Positions 29,520 to 44,929 of a stretch of DNA of 64,000 bases are shown in pieces (the stretch's first letter is position 1; every line of letters starts with the position of its first letter). Location of the stretch: the NCBI RefSeq assembly GCF_009914755.1, contig NC_060932.1. The stretch is one strand, 5' to 3'. The DNA comes from the human T2T-CHM13v2.0 reference genome, Homo sapiens. A model generated the notes under the pieces. That model did not search any database. It saw nothing but the letters and a program-made list of their open reading frames with translations, and was not told where the DNA came from. A program made the translations under genes and the position numbers.

Positions 29520-30440
29520 AATTCTCAAGGCAGTGGACATAAAAATCTATAATTTAATTTCCTTCTGCCTCTTGCCTTTTCCTTCAATCAATGAATAGGT
29601 GAATTAAATATACTAAATCCTTATCACAATTTCCTCTGTGCCCCATGAACACCAGTTTGCCTACTCTCAGAAATAATTGCTTTCTTTCTCTTGGCATGCA
29701 TCAGTAAACTGAGTGACTGTGAATTGACATTGCTTAGAGAGGAGGTAAACTTCAGGTTCAGAGGTTTAATTTTTTTTAAAAAAGACAACTAAATGCTGCG
29801 CTTATATAAGCTTTAAAGGGACAACCCGTGAGCTGCATACTTAGTGAGATTGTCTAAACAAGAATTGCATTCCAAACTGAATCTATTAGGATGCTTCATA
29901 ACTTCTCAGACCAAGAAGCATGCATCTTACTGTTAAATTTTGAGGTCCAGATGACTTTATTAAAAAAGGTCACTTCATCTGAAGTGACCCTTCAGATGCA
30001 GAAAGGAGAGAATTATTAGCATATCAGGGGCATTGATCATCAAGGGCTTTTTCTCTCTTTCACTGTGGATGCTATGGAAGCAGTCTATTGATTCCAGGAA
30101 AAAATTCAGCTGCTTTTTAGTTCAGAGAAACTCGACCTCAATGTTTACATTCAGAAGAAAGAAAGAGAAAATGAAAGGAGACTGGCCCATGTCCACCATG
30201 TCCTTGATAAAACTGAATGAAAGACATTTTAAAAATCCCTCCTCCATCTGCTTTCTTTTGGTTTAATTAGAGCAGAAAGTGTTAGAAGAAGGGATGTTTG
30301 CTCTTGTGAGGAAGAAAATAAGAAACATGCAGCTAGGGGCTTAAATGCTGTTCTCACTGAGATCCATGACTACAGACCAAAAGAACTATTAGACAGAAAA
30401 GTTTTATATTTGAAGATAAATTCTAGAAAGAACCCCATAT

Positions 30441-31239
30441 TGATATGGGGCAGAGGCAGGGAAGTGCTAGGTAGAGAAGGATGAGGTCCCTGGAGAAGGC
30501 TCCAACCTCAGGACTGTGACCACGGACCTAAGTGAGGACAGATGCTGCTGTTTTCACACCCAAATGTTGCATCTTCCAGGAGCACTCTGGCCTGCCACAC
30601 CCCTCTTTCTGTGCCTATAAAAAAACCCTGAGACCCTATCGGGTACACACAGAAGTAGCTGGACCTTGAAAGGAACACACCGGCAGAAGAACACACTGAT
30701 GGATGCCGGCAGGCCATTGACAGCAGAATGATGTGGTGTCGAGGAAAATTTGGTTGGGGGTAGTTGAAGGAGAGTTCAGCTGCTGAGTGGCCTGACTCCA
30801 GGGGAAGACCATCTTCCCACTCCATCCCCTTCTGGCTCCCCATCCATCTGCTGAGAGCTATTTCCATCACTCAATAAAATCTCATTCTCCAAGCCCATGT
30901 GTGATCTGATGTTTCTGGTACACTAGGGCAAGAACCCCGGGATACAGAAAGCCCTCTGTCCCTGCAATAAGGCAGAGGGTCTAATTGAGCTGATTAACAG
31001 AAGCTGCCTGTGGATGGCTAAGCTGAAAGAGCACACTGTAACGCATGCCCCCTGGGGCTTCGGGGGCTGTAAACACTCAACCCTAGACACTGCTGTGGGG
31101 TTGGGGCCCAAAAATGCTCCCCATGACCTGCCCGTCTGCATGCTCCCTCAGGAATTTGAGTTGCAGGGCACCTGAGAAATGAGCCGCATCCCCATTGCAT
31201 GCCCTGCAAGGGGGATAAGGGAAAACTCCTCCTGTTTCA
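30441..31239 (+). mobile_element. LTR1-family ERV1 solo LTR
   Basis: tgatatggggcagaggcagggaagtgct...cctgtttca; TATA-like cctataaaa (~30614) and AATAAA (~30873); exact TSD ATAT. Confidence 0.88.
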
Positions 31240-31259
31240 ATATTAGATGTGAAGAGGAC

Positions 31260-31830
31260 TGATTTGAAAAGCTGTCAGAATTGGATCCTGGAACAGAAAA
31301 AAAAATGTTATTAATGGAAAAACTGAAAACTCAAGTAATCTGGAGTTTATTAGTGTTAGTTCCTTCATTTTAACAAATCTACCACAGTAATATAAGAAGT
31401 CAACATTAAGGAAAATTGAAACTGGAAGGGCATACAGGAACTCTGTACTATCTTTGCAACAGTTTTTTTTTTTTGAGACAGGATCTTGCTCTGTTGCCCA
31501 GGCTGGAGTGCAGTGGTGCAATCTTGCCTCACTGAAACCTCTGCAAGCCATTCTCATGCCTCCGCCTCCCGAGATGCTGGAATTACAGACATGTGCCCCA
31601 CACTTGGCTAACTTTTAAATTTTTTGTAGAGTAGGGGGTTTCATCATATTGCCCAGGCTGGTCTCAAACTCCTGGCCTCAAGTGATCTGCCTGCCTCGGC
31701 CTCCCAAAGTGCTGGGATTAGAGGCATGAGCCACTGCTCCCAGCATGCAACTTTTGATAAATCCAAAATTACTACAAATAAAATGTTTCTCCCACATTAT
31801 TCTAAATAAAAACCTCATTTAAAAAAAAGC
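31260..31830 (+). mobile_element. L1M 3' end fragment containing an antisense AluJ (31463-31744)
   Basis: ggatcctggaacagaaaaa...ggaactctgtactatctttgcaac, then Alu, then gcaacttttgataaatccaaaatt. Confidence 0.75.
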
Positions 31831-32943
31831 TCGCCAAGAAGTCTATGCAATGTCCTCCAGTGCTGATGCTCCAGGACACTTTGATGCAAAGATGATGCTT
31901 AGAGATCCATTGGATCCTTCAATGAATGGACTGAGCAGGAAGCCATGACCTTTTCTTTAGTTTGAAAAAAAAGAACAAATAAACCCATCTCATTCTAATG
32001 ATGTGCATCAGAAGACTGGCAATTGCAGTAGGGAATGTCAGGATCCGGGACATTTGTAACCAGAGGCTTCTGTCTTAGAAACTGGATACTGACACCATAA
32101 TCTTTCAGTCAATGAAGTGGGAATACTAGCATGATGGTACTATGGAATCTAACTTGCCTGAATACCAGCAGCAAAGTAGCCTTCATGTCCTGATAGAGTG
32201 AAAGTGAACTCAGAGAAAGCTGCTGAGATTCTAGGGAGAGACAGAACTATGCCTCAGTTTCCTCAGCCATTAAAGGGAATAGGGCATGTTGTCCAAAATT
32301 GTTTTCAAAATGAGACTAGTTAAACCAGCTGTCAAGTGTAGTTCTTTCTGGGGTAGAAGTGACATCCTTAATATCATCTCCTTGCCGTCCAAGTTCTGGG
32401 ATATTCCAACCCTGAGTTACATGGAGGCAGTACCCATATAGGGTAATCCGAGGGAGGGGAAAGGACAGGTTGGTCAGAAATACTGTCCTGCTAAAGCTGA
32501 AAAGGACCTGAAATTCTCATCACTCACTTCCTTCAGTTAGGATAGATAAGAGAACACATCTTGTAAAATGTTGCTTTGGTTGAGCAATGTGTCATCAAAC
32601 AAAACATCAATGCCCCATTAATAGAGCAAGATTAAGGAAAAGTGAGAACCTCAAACCACTTTTGATTGATGGAGGTTAGAAAGGACATAGTATGGAGTTA
32701 AGGACATTTATGACTCATCTCCATCTACCTTTCTGGTGTCCTATTCCATCACTCTTTCAGGCCTTAGTACGTACTCAGTTCTCACACACTGTGAGCTCAG
32801 GATTCAGGATAGAAATAGTTTCAGGTAAGATCCAGTAGCAGAAAAGTCCTGACAAAAGTCTGAAGGTAGAAATTTTGGAACTGACAAGAGAAGATTGTGG
32901 TGCCAGAGGAAGCTTGGTGGATTGGCCCAGGGCGCTGTATCCC

Positions 32944-33128
32944 TGTCTTAATCGGTTCAGGCTGCTGTAACAATATATCGTAAACTGGGTGCAGTGGCTC
33001 ATGCTTTAGTCCCAGCATTTTGGGAGGCTGAGGTATAAGGATTGGCTGAGCCCAGGATGTTGAGGCTGTAGTGAGCTGTGCTCATGCTAGTGTCCTCCAG
33101 CCTGGGCGATGGAATGAGATCCTGTCTC

Positions 33129-33176
<48 letters not shown>

Positions 33177-33507
33177 TACCATAAACTGGCTTATAAACAA
33201 CAGAAATTTATTTTTCACCTTCTGGAAGCTGGGAAATCCATCATCAAGGTGCAGGCAGATTCAGTGTCTGGTCAGGGTCCACTTTCTAGTTCATAGAAGG
33301 TGCATTTCTGCTGAGACCTCACATGGTAGACGGGCAAGGGGGGTCTCTGGGAGGCATCTTTTATTAAGGACACCAATCCCATTCATGAGGGCTCCACTCT
33401 CTTGACCTAATCACCCTCCAAATGCCCCACCTCTTAATACCATCAGCCTTGGGAGTTAGTACTCAAACATACATATTTAGGGGAACATAGCCATTAAGAC
33501 CTTAGCA
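32944..33507 (-). mobile_element. MLT1A-type MaLR LTR containing an Alu monomer (FRAM-like, 32985-33132) with a (CA)n tail
   Basis: tgtcttaatcggttcaggctgctgtaaca...ggcttataaacaacagaaatttattt...; monomer TSD tatcgtaaactgg / taccataaactgg. Confidence 0.85.
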
Positions 33508-34133
33508 TCCTCTTTCTGAAAAGAAACTCGATTTTTCCTTCGGAGGTACTTATTGCTCCAACTAACATGCAAAGACAGAAAACCATAGTAGAAGATAATC
33601 AGATCTATGGGCTAATTCAAAGCAGATGTGTTGCTCTTTTTCTGAGTTGTCGTCATCCTCTGTCAAAGAATAGAAGACCTTCAGCTTCAAGACAAGTCCA
33701 AAACTGGTTAATTAGAATATTTGTATGTCTAATTAAAATTGGAGATAGCTGCTAATTGTCAATTTTATTGGCATTAATTATTATTTTAAGTAGGTAGCCA
33801 CACATTATTGCCATAGAAAAGGTGACTTTTAAGGTTGGTTCACAAAGATATTTTCCTTACTCAAAAGCACACAGGAGACTCACTATAATGCACCCACCTT
33901 ATTTAGGGTTCAACATGCTCCTATTGAAAATTATGTTTTCCCCTGCAGTGGAATAATTTTAAAATTCCAATTGCTTTTCCAAGGGCAGAATATTAATATT
34001 TACATCTCTCAGAAAGACATGCTTCACCATGGGAGTGCTTAAATGTTACCTAAATTAGCTGTCCTCATAATGAAGTTGATAGAGTCAAAATTGATAATCC
34101 TCAACTATTCCTGTAAAAAGCAATGACAATCTT

Positions 34134-34438
34134 TTACAATCTTTTTGTTTTTTTTTTAGACCAGGTCTCGCTCTGGTCACTCAGGCTGGAGTGCAGTGGT
34201 GTAAACTCAGTTCACTGCAGCCTCAGTCTCCCAGAATCAAGCAACCTTCACCTCAGCCTTCCCAAGTAGCTGGGACTACAGGCACACACCACCTTGCCCA
34301 GCTAATTTTTGTATTTTATGAAGAGGCGAGGTTTCACCATGTTGCTTAGGTTGTTTTGAACTCCTGGAATCAAGCAATCTGCCAGCCTCGGCCTTTCAAA
34401 GGGCTGGGATTATAGGAATAAGCCACCACAACCTACCT
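34134..34438 (-). mobile_element. AluJ
   Basis: Exact 15-bp TSD agcaatgacaatctt (34119-34133 / 34439-34453). Confidence 0.93.
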
Positions 34439-35118
34439 AGCAATGACAATCTTGATCTCCCCAGACATTATTTTCCATAGAGTGGCAACATTCTTTTCTA
34501 CCTCAAATTTCAAAACACTGATCAATAATCAACCAGCAAATAATGCCTTAAAAAAAGAAAAGAGACTAAGAATGTTCTAACCCTTGATCTGGGTGGTGGT
34601 TATGAGGGAATATACATGCAAAAACTCATTTTGTGGTACAGTTAAGACTTGTGTCTTACTCTGTTATACTTCACAGAAATGAAGACAAAAATAAGAGTAC
34701 AAAAGTACAAGGGATGCACAGAAAAAAATAGAGAATTCTCTTAAGAATCTGAACTTAAATGTAAATATCTTGTTAACAAAATTTTCAAAATTCTGATATG
34801 TAGATTACTTTGCCCTTATATGATATGTATTAGTGAAAATTGTAAATTTAATAGGCTAGTAAGATAGAGATATGTACTTTGCCAGCTTGAGCGCCTCATC
34901 TAGTAATTTCCCCTGAGTCTCTAAAATTCTATTTCTTTAGAATCCTGTGCATACATCTATTATATCACATATCATTTGCAGTTACTGCATTTGTTGTCTA
35001 CCTTTATGACCAGACTGTAAAAGAAGGGACTGTGGCTTTTTTATTGTGGTAACTAGCACAACCTGGAACATGGGAGATGCTTTATACTTTTTAGAAAATC
35101 GGCTTCATGGATGTATAA

Positions 35119-35372
<254 letters not shown>

Positions 35373-35667
35373 TGATCTGCCTGCCTTGGCCTCCCAAAGT
35401 GCTGGGAATACAGGCATGAGCCACCGTGCCAGTGTCATGACAACTGTTTCAGACACATAATCATCACCACGATCAAGATATAGAACATTTCCATCACTCC
35501 AAAAACCTCCCTCTGTGTCCTTTGCAGTCAATCTCCTCTCCCTGCCCCCAGCTCATGATCCTGGCACTCACCAATCTGCTTTCTGTGACTAGATTCTAAC
35601 TTTTCTAGCATTTCATAAATGAAATCATAAAGTGCATATGTGTTGTGTTGTATGCCTTATCAGAATA

Positions 35668-35735
35668 CAGAGGGTAGTTTAAATTAGAATCTCAGCTTTG
35701 GGTGCTGATGGTGAAGTTGAGTGCTTTCTCTCTGA
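35668..35735 (+). pseudogene. MT-TP: NUMT mt-tRNA-Pro copy (anticodon TGG)
   Basis: 68 nt, cagagggtagtttaaattagaatctcagctttgggtgctg...ctctctga; acceptor stem still pairs. Confidence 0.92.
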
Positions 35736-35737
35736 GT

Positions 35738-35803
35738 TGCCCTGGGGAAAGAGTCTCCATTTCCAGTTTACAAGACCAGTGTATTGGGTTATACTACAAA
35801 GGC
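35738..35803 (-). pseudogene. MT-TT: NUMT mt-tRNA-Thr copy (anticodon TGT)
   Basis: 66 nt; reverse reads gcctttgtagtataacccaatacactggtcttgtaaactgg...cagggca. Confidence 0.92.
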
Positions 35804-36943
35804 AGGTTCATCTAAGTAGCTTATTTTCGATTAGGGAGTCGAGTGGTATTAGGGTAAGAATCGTAGTGAAGTATACTATGGATACTACTTGTCCAATGGT
35901 AATAAAGGAGTGGCTTACTGGTTGTCCTCCGATTCATGTAAGGATTAATAGGTTGGTGACTAAGGGTCAGTATAAGTATTGACTTAGTGGACGGAATATT
36001 ATACTTTGCTGTTTAGATGTGTGAAGTGCAGGGATGGCTGCTAGAATAAGAATCGATAGCAGGAGGGCCAGTACGCTTCCTAGTTTATTAGGGATAGACT
36101 GTAAGATTGCATATGCGAACAAAAAGCATCATTCAGGTTTAACGTGGGGTGGAGTCTTTAGGGGACTGGCTAGGGTGTGGTTGTCTGGGTCACTTAGGAG
36201 GTCAGGTGTAAATGGCACTAGTGTTATTAAAGTGAGAAAAAGGAGTATTAAACCTGGAATATCTTTGATGGTGTAGTAAGGGTGGAAAGCGATTTTATCA
36301 GAGTGAGGAGATTCCTGTAGGTTATCAGACCCTGTTTAATGGCGGAATAGTAGGTGAAGGGCTGCTAGGGCTGCAATGATGAAAGGTGAGATAAAGTGGA
36401 AAGTGAAGAATCGTGTGAGAGTAGGCTTGTCAACTGAATATCCACCTCAGACTCATTGGACAAGGTCAGTTCCGATACATGGAATGGTGGATAATAGGTT
36501 TGTGATTACTGTGGCACCTCAGAATGATATTTGGCCTCATGGAAGTACGTAACCTACAAAGGCTGTTGCTATGGTTGTGAGCAGAAGGATAACACCAATG
36601 TTTCAGGTTTCTAAAAACAAGAATGAGCCATAATATAAGCCTCAGCTGATGTGTAGGAAGAGGCAGATGAGGAATATTGAAGTGCCGTTAGCATGGAGGT
36701 AGCGGATGGTTCAGCTGTAGTTTATGTCTCGGCTATAATGTGGGTGATTGAGGAGAAGGAGGTTGAGGTATCTGGTGTATAGTGTATAGCTAGGAATAGG
36801 CCTGTAATGATCTGAAGGATTAGGCAGGTGCCAAGAAGTGAGCCGAGATTCCGTCATATAGAAATATTGGATGGAGTGGGAAGGTCAATGAATGAGTGAT
36901 TGATTATTTTTATTAGTAGATTTGCTTTACGTACTATGGTCAT
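35804..36943 (-). pseudogene. MT-CYB: Cytochrome b pseudogene (NUMT)
   Basis: Mito-code start [28 protein letters not shown]...[23 protein letters not shown]; frameshifts near 36735 and 36320; 1140 nt. Confidence 0.96.
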
Positions 36944-36947
36944 TAGT

Positions 36948-37016
36948 GTCCTTATAGTTGAAATACAACTATGGTTTTTCATGTCATTAGTCGTGGTTAT
37001 AATCCATGTAGGAAGA
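36948..37016 (+). pseudogene. MT-TE: NUMT mt-tRNA-Glu copy (anticodon TTC)
   Basis: 69 nt, gtccttatagttgaaatacaactatggtttttcatgtcattagtcgtgg..., between CYTB and ND6. Confidence 0.9.
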
Positions 37017-37541
37017 ATGACATATGCTTTATTCTTGTTAAGTATTCTTTTAGTTATGGGGTTTGTAGGTTTTTCTTCTAAACCTTCTCCTATTTATGGG
37101 GGCTTGGTGTTAATTATTAGTGGTGTAGTAGGTGGCATTATTGTTCTAAATTATGGTGGGGCTTATATGGGTCTAATAGTCTTTTTGATCTATTTAGGGA
37201 GAATGATGGTTGTTTTTGGTTATACTATGGCGATGGCTATTGAGGAACACCCAGAGGCATGAGGGTCAGGCATTGAAGTTTTAGGGAGTGTCCTAGTGGG
37301 CTTAGTAATGGAACTGGCATTAGTTTGGTGGGCAGCAGAGTATGATGGAGTGGTGGTTGTAGCAAATTTTAATAACATGGGAAGTTAAGTGATTTTTGAG
37401 GGGAGGGGCCAGGGTTAATTCAGGAGGATTCTATGGGGTGTGGGTGCTTTATGTGATTATGGACTTTGACTGGTGGTGGTTACTGGTTGGACATTGTTTG
37501 TTGGTGTTTATATTGTAACTGAAATTGCTCAGGGCAATAGA
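37017..37541 (+). pseudogene. MT-ND6: NADH dehydrogenase subunit 6 pseudogene (NUMT)
   Basis: [30 protein letters not shown]; 525 nt; internal AGA/TAA stops and compensating -1/+1 frameshifts. Confidence 0.96.
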
Positions 37542-37757
37542 TTATGCAATTAAAGGTAAGGTTAGGACAGGTGGAATGAAGAAAGAAAGGAAATAAAATT
37601 TAATTATGGCTTTTTGAGCGGTTGTAGTAATGGAGGCAGTGATTTGGGTTTGTGAGATTGTCTTTGGTATAAATTTTTCTAGTCAAATTAGATCTAGTAG
37701 GAGTGATACCAGATTTTGGCTTACAGATAGATTTAAGTGGGGGTTGTGCGGTGAACT
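37542..37757 (-). pseudogene. MT-ND5: ND5 3' fragment (NUMT)
   Basis: Reverse reads caccgcacaacccc...ctactagatctaatttgactagaaaaa...caaaaagccataattaaattttatttcc...gcataa. Confidence 0.9.
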
Positions 37758-38674
37758 GTGAACTGTGAACTGTGTGTATTCTTTCATTTAGAATAATGTC
37801 ATTGAGATTTATCCATGTTGTTGAATATGTCAGTACTTCCCTATTTCTTTTACTGATCAGTGTTCTATTGCATGGATATATCAGAGTTGATTCATTCAAC
37901 AGTTGAAAGCTACTATGAACGTTCCAGTCTGACCATGTGCTTTCATTTTTCTGGGTTAATTTCCTTGGAAATTTGATTGCTGTGTTGAATGGTATGGGTA
38001 TTCTTAAATTTATGAAAACCTGGTAAATTATTTTCCAAAATAGCTCTACTATTTTGCATTCTCATTATCAATATGTAAGAATTCAAGTTTCTCCTTATAC
38101 CTCATTGGTAGATAGCCATTCTAAACAGTGGGTAGTAGTACCTCCTTTTGGCTTCACTTTCATTACTTTACATTCTAGTTAACTTTTATTTCCCAAGGAG
38201 GGGAGATGATAAGCATTTTTGTGCTTTTTGTCATTTGCATACTTTCACTGGTGATTTGTCTGTGTAAATCTTTGGCCCATTGGAAAAATTGGGTTGTTTT
38301 TCTTATTACAATTGATTTGTAAATGTTGTGTATTCTGAATCAAACACCTTTATCAGATAAGTGTTTTATAAATATTTTCTTCCAGGTTGTGGTTTGCATT
38401 TGGAAATTTTAACTGTATCTTTCAAAATAGTTTTTGCTTTGATAAAATCTAATTTATAAGTTTTTTATGACTCATGTGTTTCCATGGCTACCATATTGCT
38501 ACTCATTTTCTATTTGCTCAGTTGTTTGTGTCTTTCTTCCTCTTGTCCTACCTTCTATTGAAGTAATTTAGTGTTCTGTGTGATTTCATTTTACTTCCAC
38601 TATTGGCTTATTAGCTATATATTTTTTTTAATTGTTGCTTTGTGATTCACAATTTACATTTTTTACTTATTGCA

Positions 38675-39131
38675 CTGGAAGCAACTATATTTTGAGTTGT
38701 AGCAGAAGCAAAAGAAGCCTTTCAGAGCTTCCCTTATCTGACTAAAGTCAGAGCCTTCTGAGAGTGATACTGCCATAAATTCCCTCCTTGGGGGAGCTTC
38801 ACAACCAGTAAGGAGGCCAACCCCTAGCACTGGGATGAAAAATTGCACAGACAAGCATTATCGCAAACTATCAGACCTGCCATTAGTCTTCCTAAAAGCC
38901 CATCATTTTTCCATAGACGTCCTTTCCTCTCCCTTGCTTTCTTCTATGAGTTGGTATATAAACCCCTCTTTCCAGCTGTTCAATGAGACTCTTCATCAAA
39001 TGCTCCTTCATGCCTGTGTAAATAAACCTTGTCTTTTCTTCTGTTAATCTGTCTATTGTCATTTAATTTGCAGGCCCCTGATCGCAGGACCTAGGTTGGT
39101 AGAGGGAAATTTCCGTTTTTGCTCCCAAAAC
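38675..39131 (+). mobile_element. MER34-group ERV1 LTR
   Basis: TATA-like ggtatataaac; aataaaccttgtcttttcttctgttaatctgtctattgtc; ends gagggaaatt...ctcccaaaaca. Confidence 0.65.
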
Positions 39132-40154
39132 AGCCTATCTTCAAATTATATTATAGCACTTCCCAAATAGTATAAAAACTTTTGAACATTATATTTTTTC
39201 CTCTCTTATACCTTGTGCTGTTGTTTTCATGCATTTTTCTCCAACATGTAATAAATCCATTACACTTTTTATTTTGTTTCCCCTAAGCAGTCACTTATTT
39301 TTAAAGAGATTATAAAATTAGTAAAATATGTTTTATATTTCTCAGATAATTTTTATTACTAGCATTTTTCAATTTTTTGTGTATAGGATTATGCTGGAAA
39401 ATTTTACCATTTCATATAGAGCAAACCTGCTGGCAATGATTTTTCTCAGTTTCTATTTTTCTGGAAGTGTTTATTGCACATCATTTTTGAAGATATTTTT
39501 ACTGGGTATATAATTGTAGCTTGACAAGATTTTTTACTTTTTGTTTTTTCTTTAAACATTTTAAAGGTTTCTCCTCCATCATCTCTAGCTTTCATAGATC
39601 CTTACGACCAGTACTCTATCATTCTTATATTTTAAACTTTGTACATACTATGTCTTTCCCATTTAAATGTTTTTAATATTTATCTGTTTATCACAGATCT
39701 TTGACAATTTGATTATAATATTTCTTTGCATCATTTTCTTTATGTTTATTCCTCACGGAGTTTGTAGAACTTTATAAATATTTGATGTTATACTTTTTAA
39801 ATACTTAAATTTGGAATACTTTCAACATCCATATCCACAAATATTTTTCTCTTCCTCCCCAACCCTGCCCTTCCTGGAAATCACAATGTACATACATTAG
39901 ATTTTTTTTGGTATTATCCCACTACTCATGGATGCCTTTTCATGACTCAGCATTTTGTTTCACTTGTTTTTGTGCCATGTTTTGTACAATTTCTATTGTT
40001 ACGTCATTAGGGTTACCCATCTTTTCTTTTACATTGTCTAACCTTTGTTAAACATATCAACTGTATGATCTGCTATTAATCTAAACCAATATATTTATAT
40101 TTTAAATGTTGTATTTCTCACATTTAAAAGTTTCATTTAGGTATTTTTTGTATC

Positions 40155-42737
<2,583 letters not shown>

Positions 42738-43994
42738 GGTATTTCTTTCTTAATCATATTCACATGTTCTGTTCTTAAACATACTGAACATATATATGAC
42801 AGCTATTTTAACATCTGTACCTGCTAAATTTGTCATCTCTGTCATTTGTGAATCAGTTTATCTTGATTAATTTTTCTACTGTTTAATATTTCCCTGCTTG
42901 TTGAGATGTCTGTTAATTTTCTATTGGATGTCAGCCATTGTGGATTGTATATTTTTGTGTCCTGAGTTTTGTTTTATTCCTTTAAATGATGATGTATTTT
43001 CCTGGCATGCAGCTAAAGTACTGATGACACTTAGATTTTTTCAAGTCTTTTGAGGTTTGTTAGAGTAAATCCAGTTTAGTCTTTAGATTTTGGCTAATTT
43101 ATCTCCACTCCTAAGATGATATCCTCTCAGAGCTCTATCTGAAGCCCAGTGTATTAAGAGGTCATTCCACTCTGTCTGGTGGAATTGCAAAAGATTTCTA
43201 GCCTTATGTGAGTTTAAAAAATATTTATTTTACTGCTTTCTATGCTTATTTCCATGCTCTTGCATAGTTCTTATACATACCAAAGATTGGAGGGAAACCA
43301 TCACCCCTGCAGATCCTTGGAGCTCTCTCTGTACAGTTCTTTCTCTCCAGTAATCTGCTTCAAAAATTCTAAAGATTTTTTTCTTTTTTCTTTTTCAACA
43401 CTGAGCTCAATATACTCTATGCAAAAAGAATATTGGGCTGCAACTAGGTATCCCCTTTCTATGCTGCCTCCTGAAAACTTAGTCTGGGCAAGAAGCTGGA
43501 ATAATCTCTGAGTTTACCTCATTTGTTTCCCCTCTTTTAGGAATCACAGTCCTAAACTACATATTGTCCAATGTCTGACAATCATTATTTTATATATATA
43601 TATATATATATTTTTATAATGTTTTAGTAGTTTAAGATGAAACGTTAAGTCTGGTCCCTGTTTCATGGTGATATCCAAAATTATTCTTACTCTAGATAAA
43701 TTTTTAAGTGAAGACAAAAAAAATCATGGTTATGTAATGCATCAATTATGTAAATTTCAGAGAAATAGCAGAGAAGTTAGACAATAGAATCAGGATTCAA
43801 GGGTATCTTATCATAGAAAAAAATGGGAAGTAGAATTACACCAGTGAATGTCAATTGCCATATTTAGGTTTAGTGCAAATGGTAGTGAAAGTGAGGCATG
43901 GTAGCTCTAGTTTAATAGAAGTTTATATAAAAATACCTTAAGACTTGGTAATTTTACAAAAATTCTAGGCATAATGGCTTTATTAAAGAGATTA

Positions 43995-44357
<363 letters not shown>

Positions 44358-44532
44358 CTAAGTTTCATATTAACAAATTCTTTGTGCCTTTGAATAGGAA
44401 ATAGATCATATTGGCCAATCTATTGGCCCAATAGTGACTAAGGAAGCCACATCCCTCGTTGCTTGAGAAGTGTATTTTTCCTGGTATCAGTGGCATTTCT
44501 ATGGTATTTCTCTCTAAAGTACTTGTCTTTTC

Positions 44533-44831
44533 TTTCTTTCTTTTTTTTTTTTGAGACAGAGTCTCACTCTGTCGCCAGGCTGGTGTGCAGTGGTGCGGTC
44601 TCGGCTCACTGCAACCTCCGCCTCCTGGGTTCAAGCAATTCTCTGCCCCAGCCTCCCAAGTAGCTGGGATTACAGGCACCTGCCACCACGCCTGGCTAAT
44701 TTTTTGTATTTTTAGTAGAGACGGGGTTTCACCGTGTTAGCCAGGATGGTCTCGATCTCCTGACCTCGTGATCCGCCCACCTCGGCCTCCCAAAGTGCTG
44801 GGATTACAGGCATGAGCCACCGCGCCCGGCC
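44533..44831 (-). mobile_element. AluSc/Y-like
   Basis: ttagccaggatggtctcgatctcctgacctcgtgatccgccc; CpG-rich; TSD cttgtctttt. Confidence 0.93.
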
Positions 44832-44929
44832 TTGTCTTTTCTTTTCATCCTTCCACTCTACTTCCTGAGAGGTCCTGCATAGGGATTAATTCCAGCTCAT
44901 ATGTGTCCTTGTTATATATGATTTTTAAA

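Larger units (their letters stand above)
35650..37760 (-). other. NUMT: nuclear copy of mtDNA ND5(3')-ND6-trnE-CYTB-trnT-trnP (about human mt 13.93-16.03 kb)
   Basis: Vertebrate mt gene order, strandedness and gene lengths are preserved; clearly diverged from modern human mtDNA. Confidence 0.97.

Noticed and set aside
35668-37541. Functional mitochondrial genes or contaminating mtDNA
   Set aside because: Frameshifts and stops, with colinear nuclear L1 flanks on both sides.
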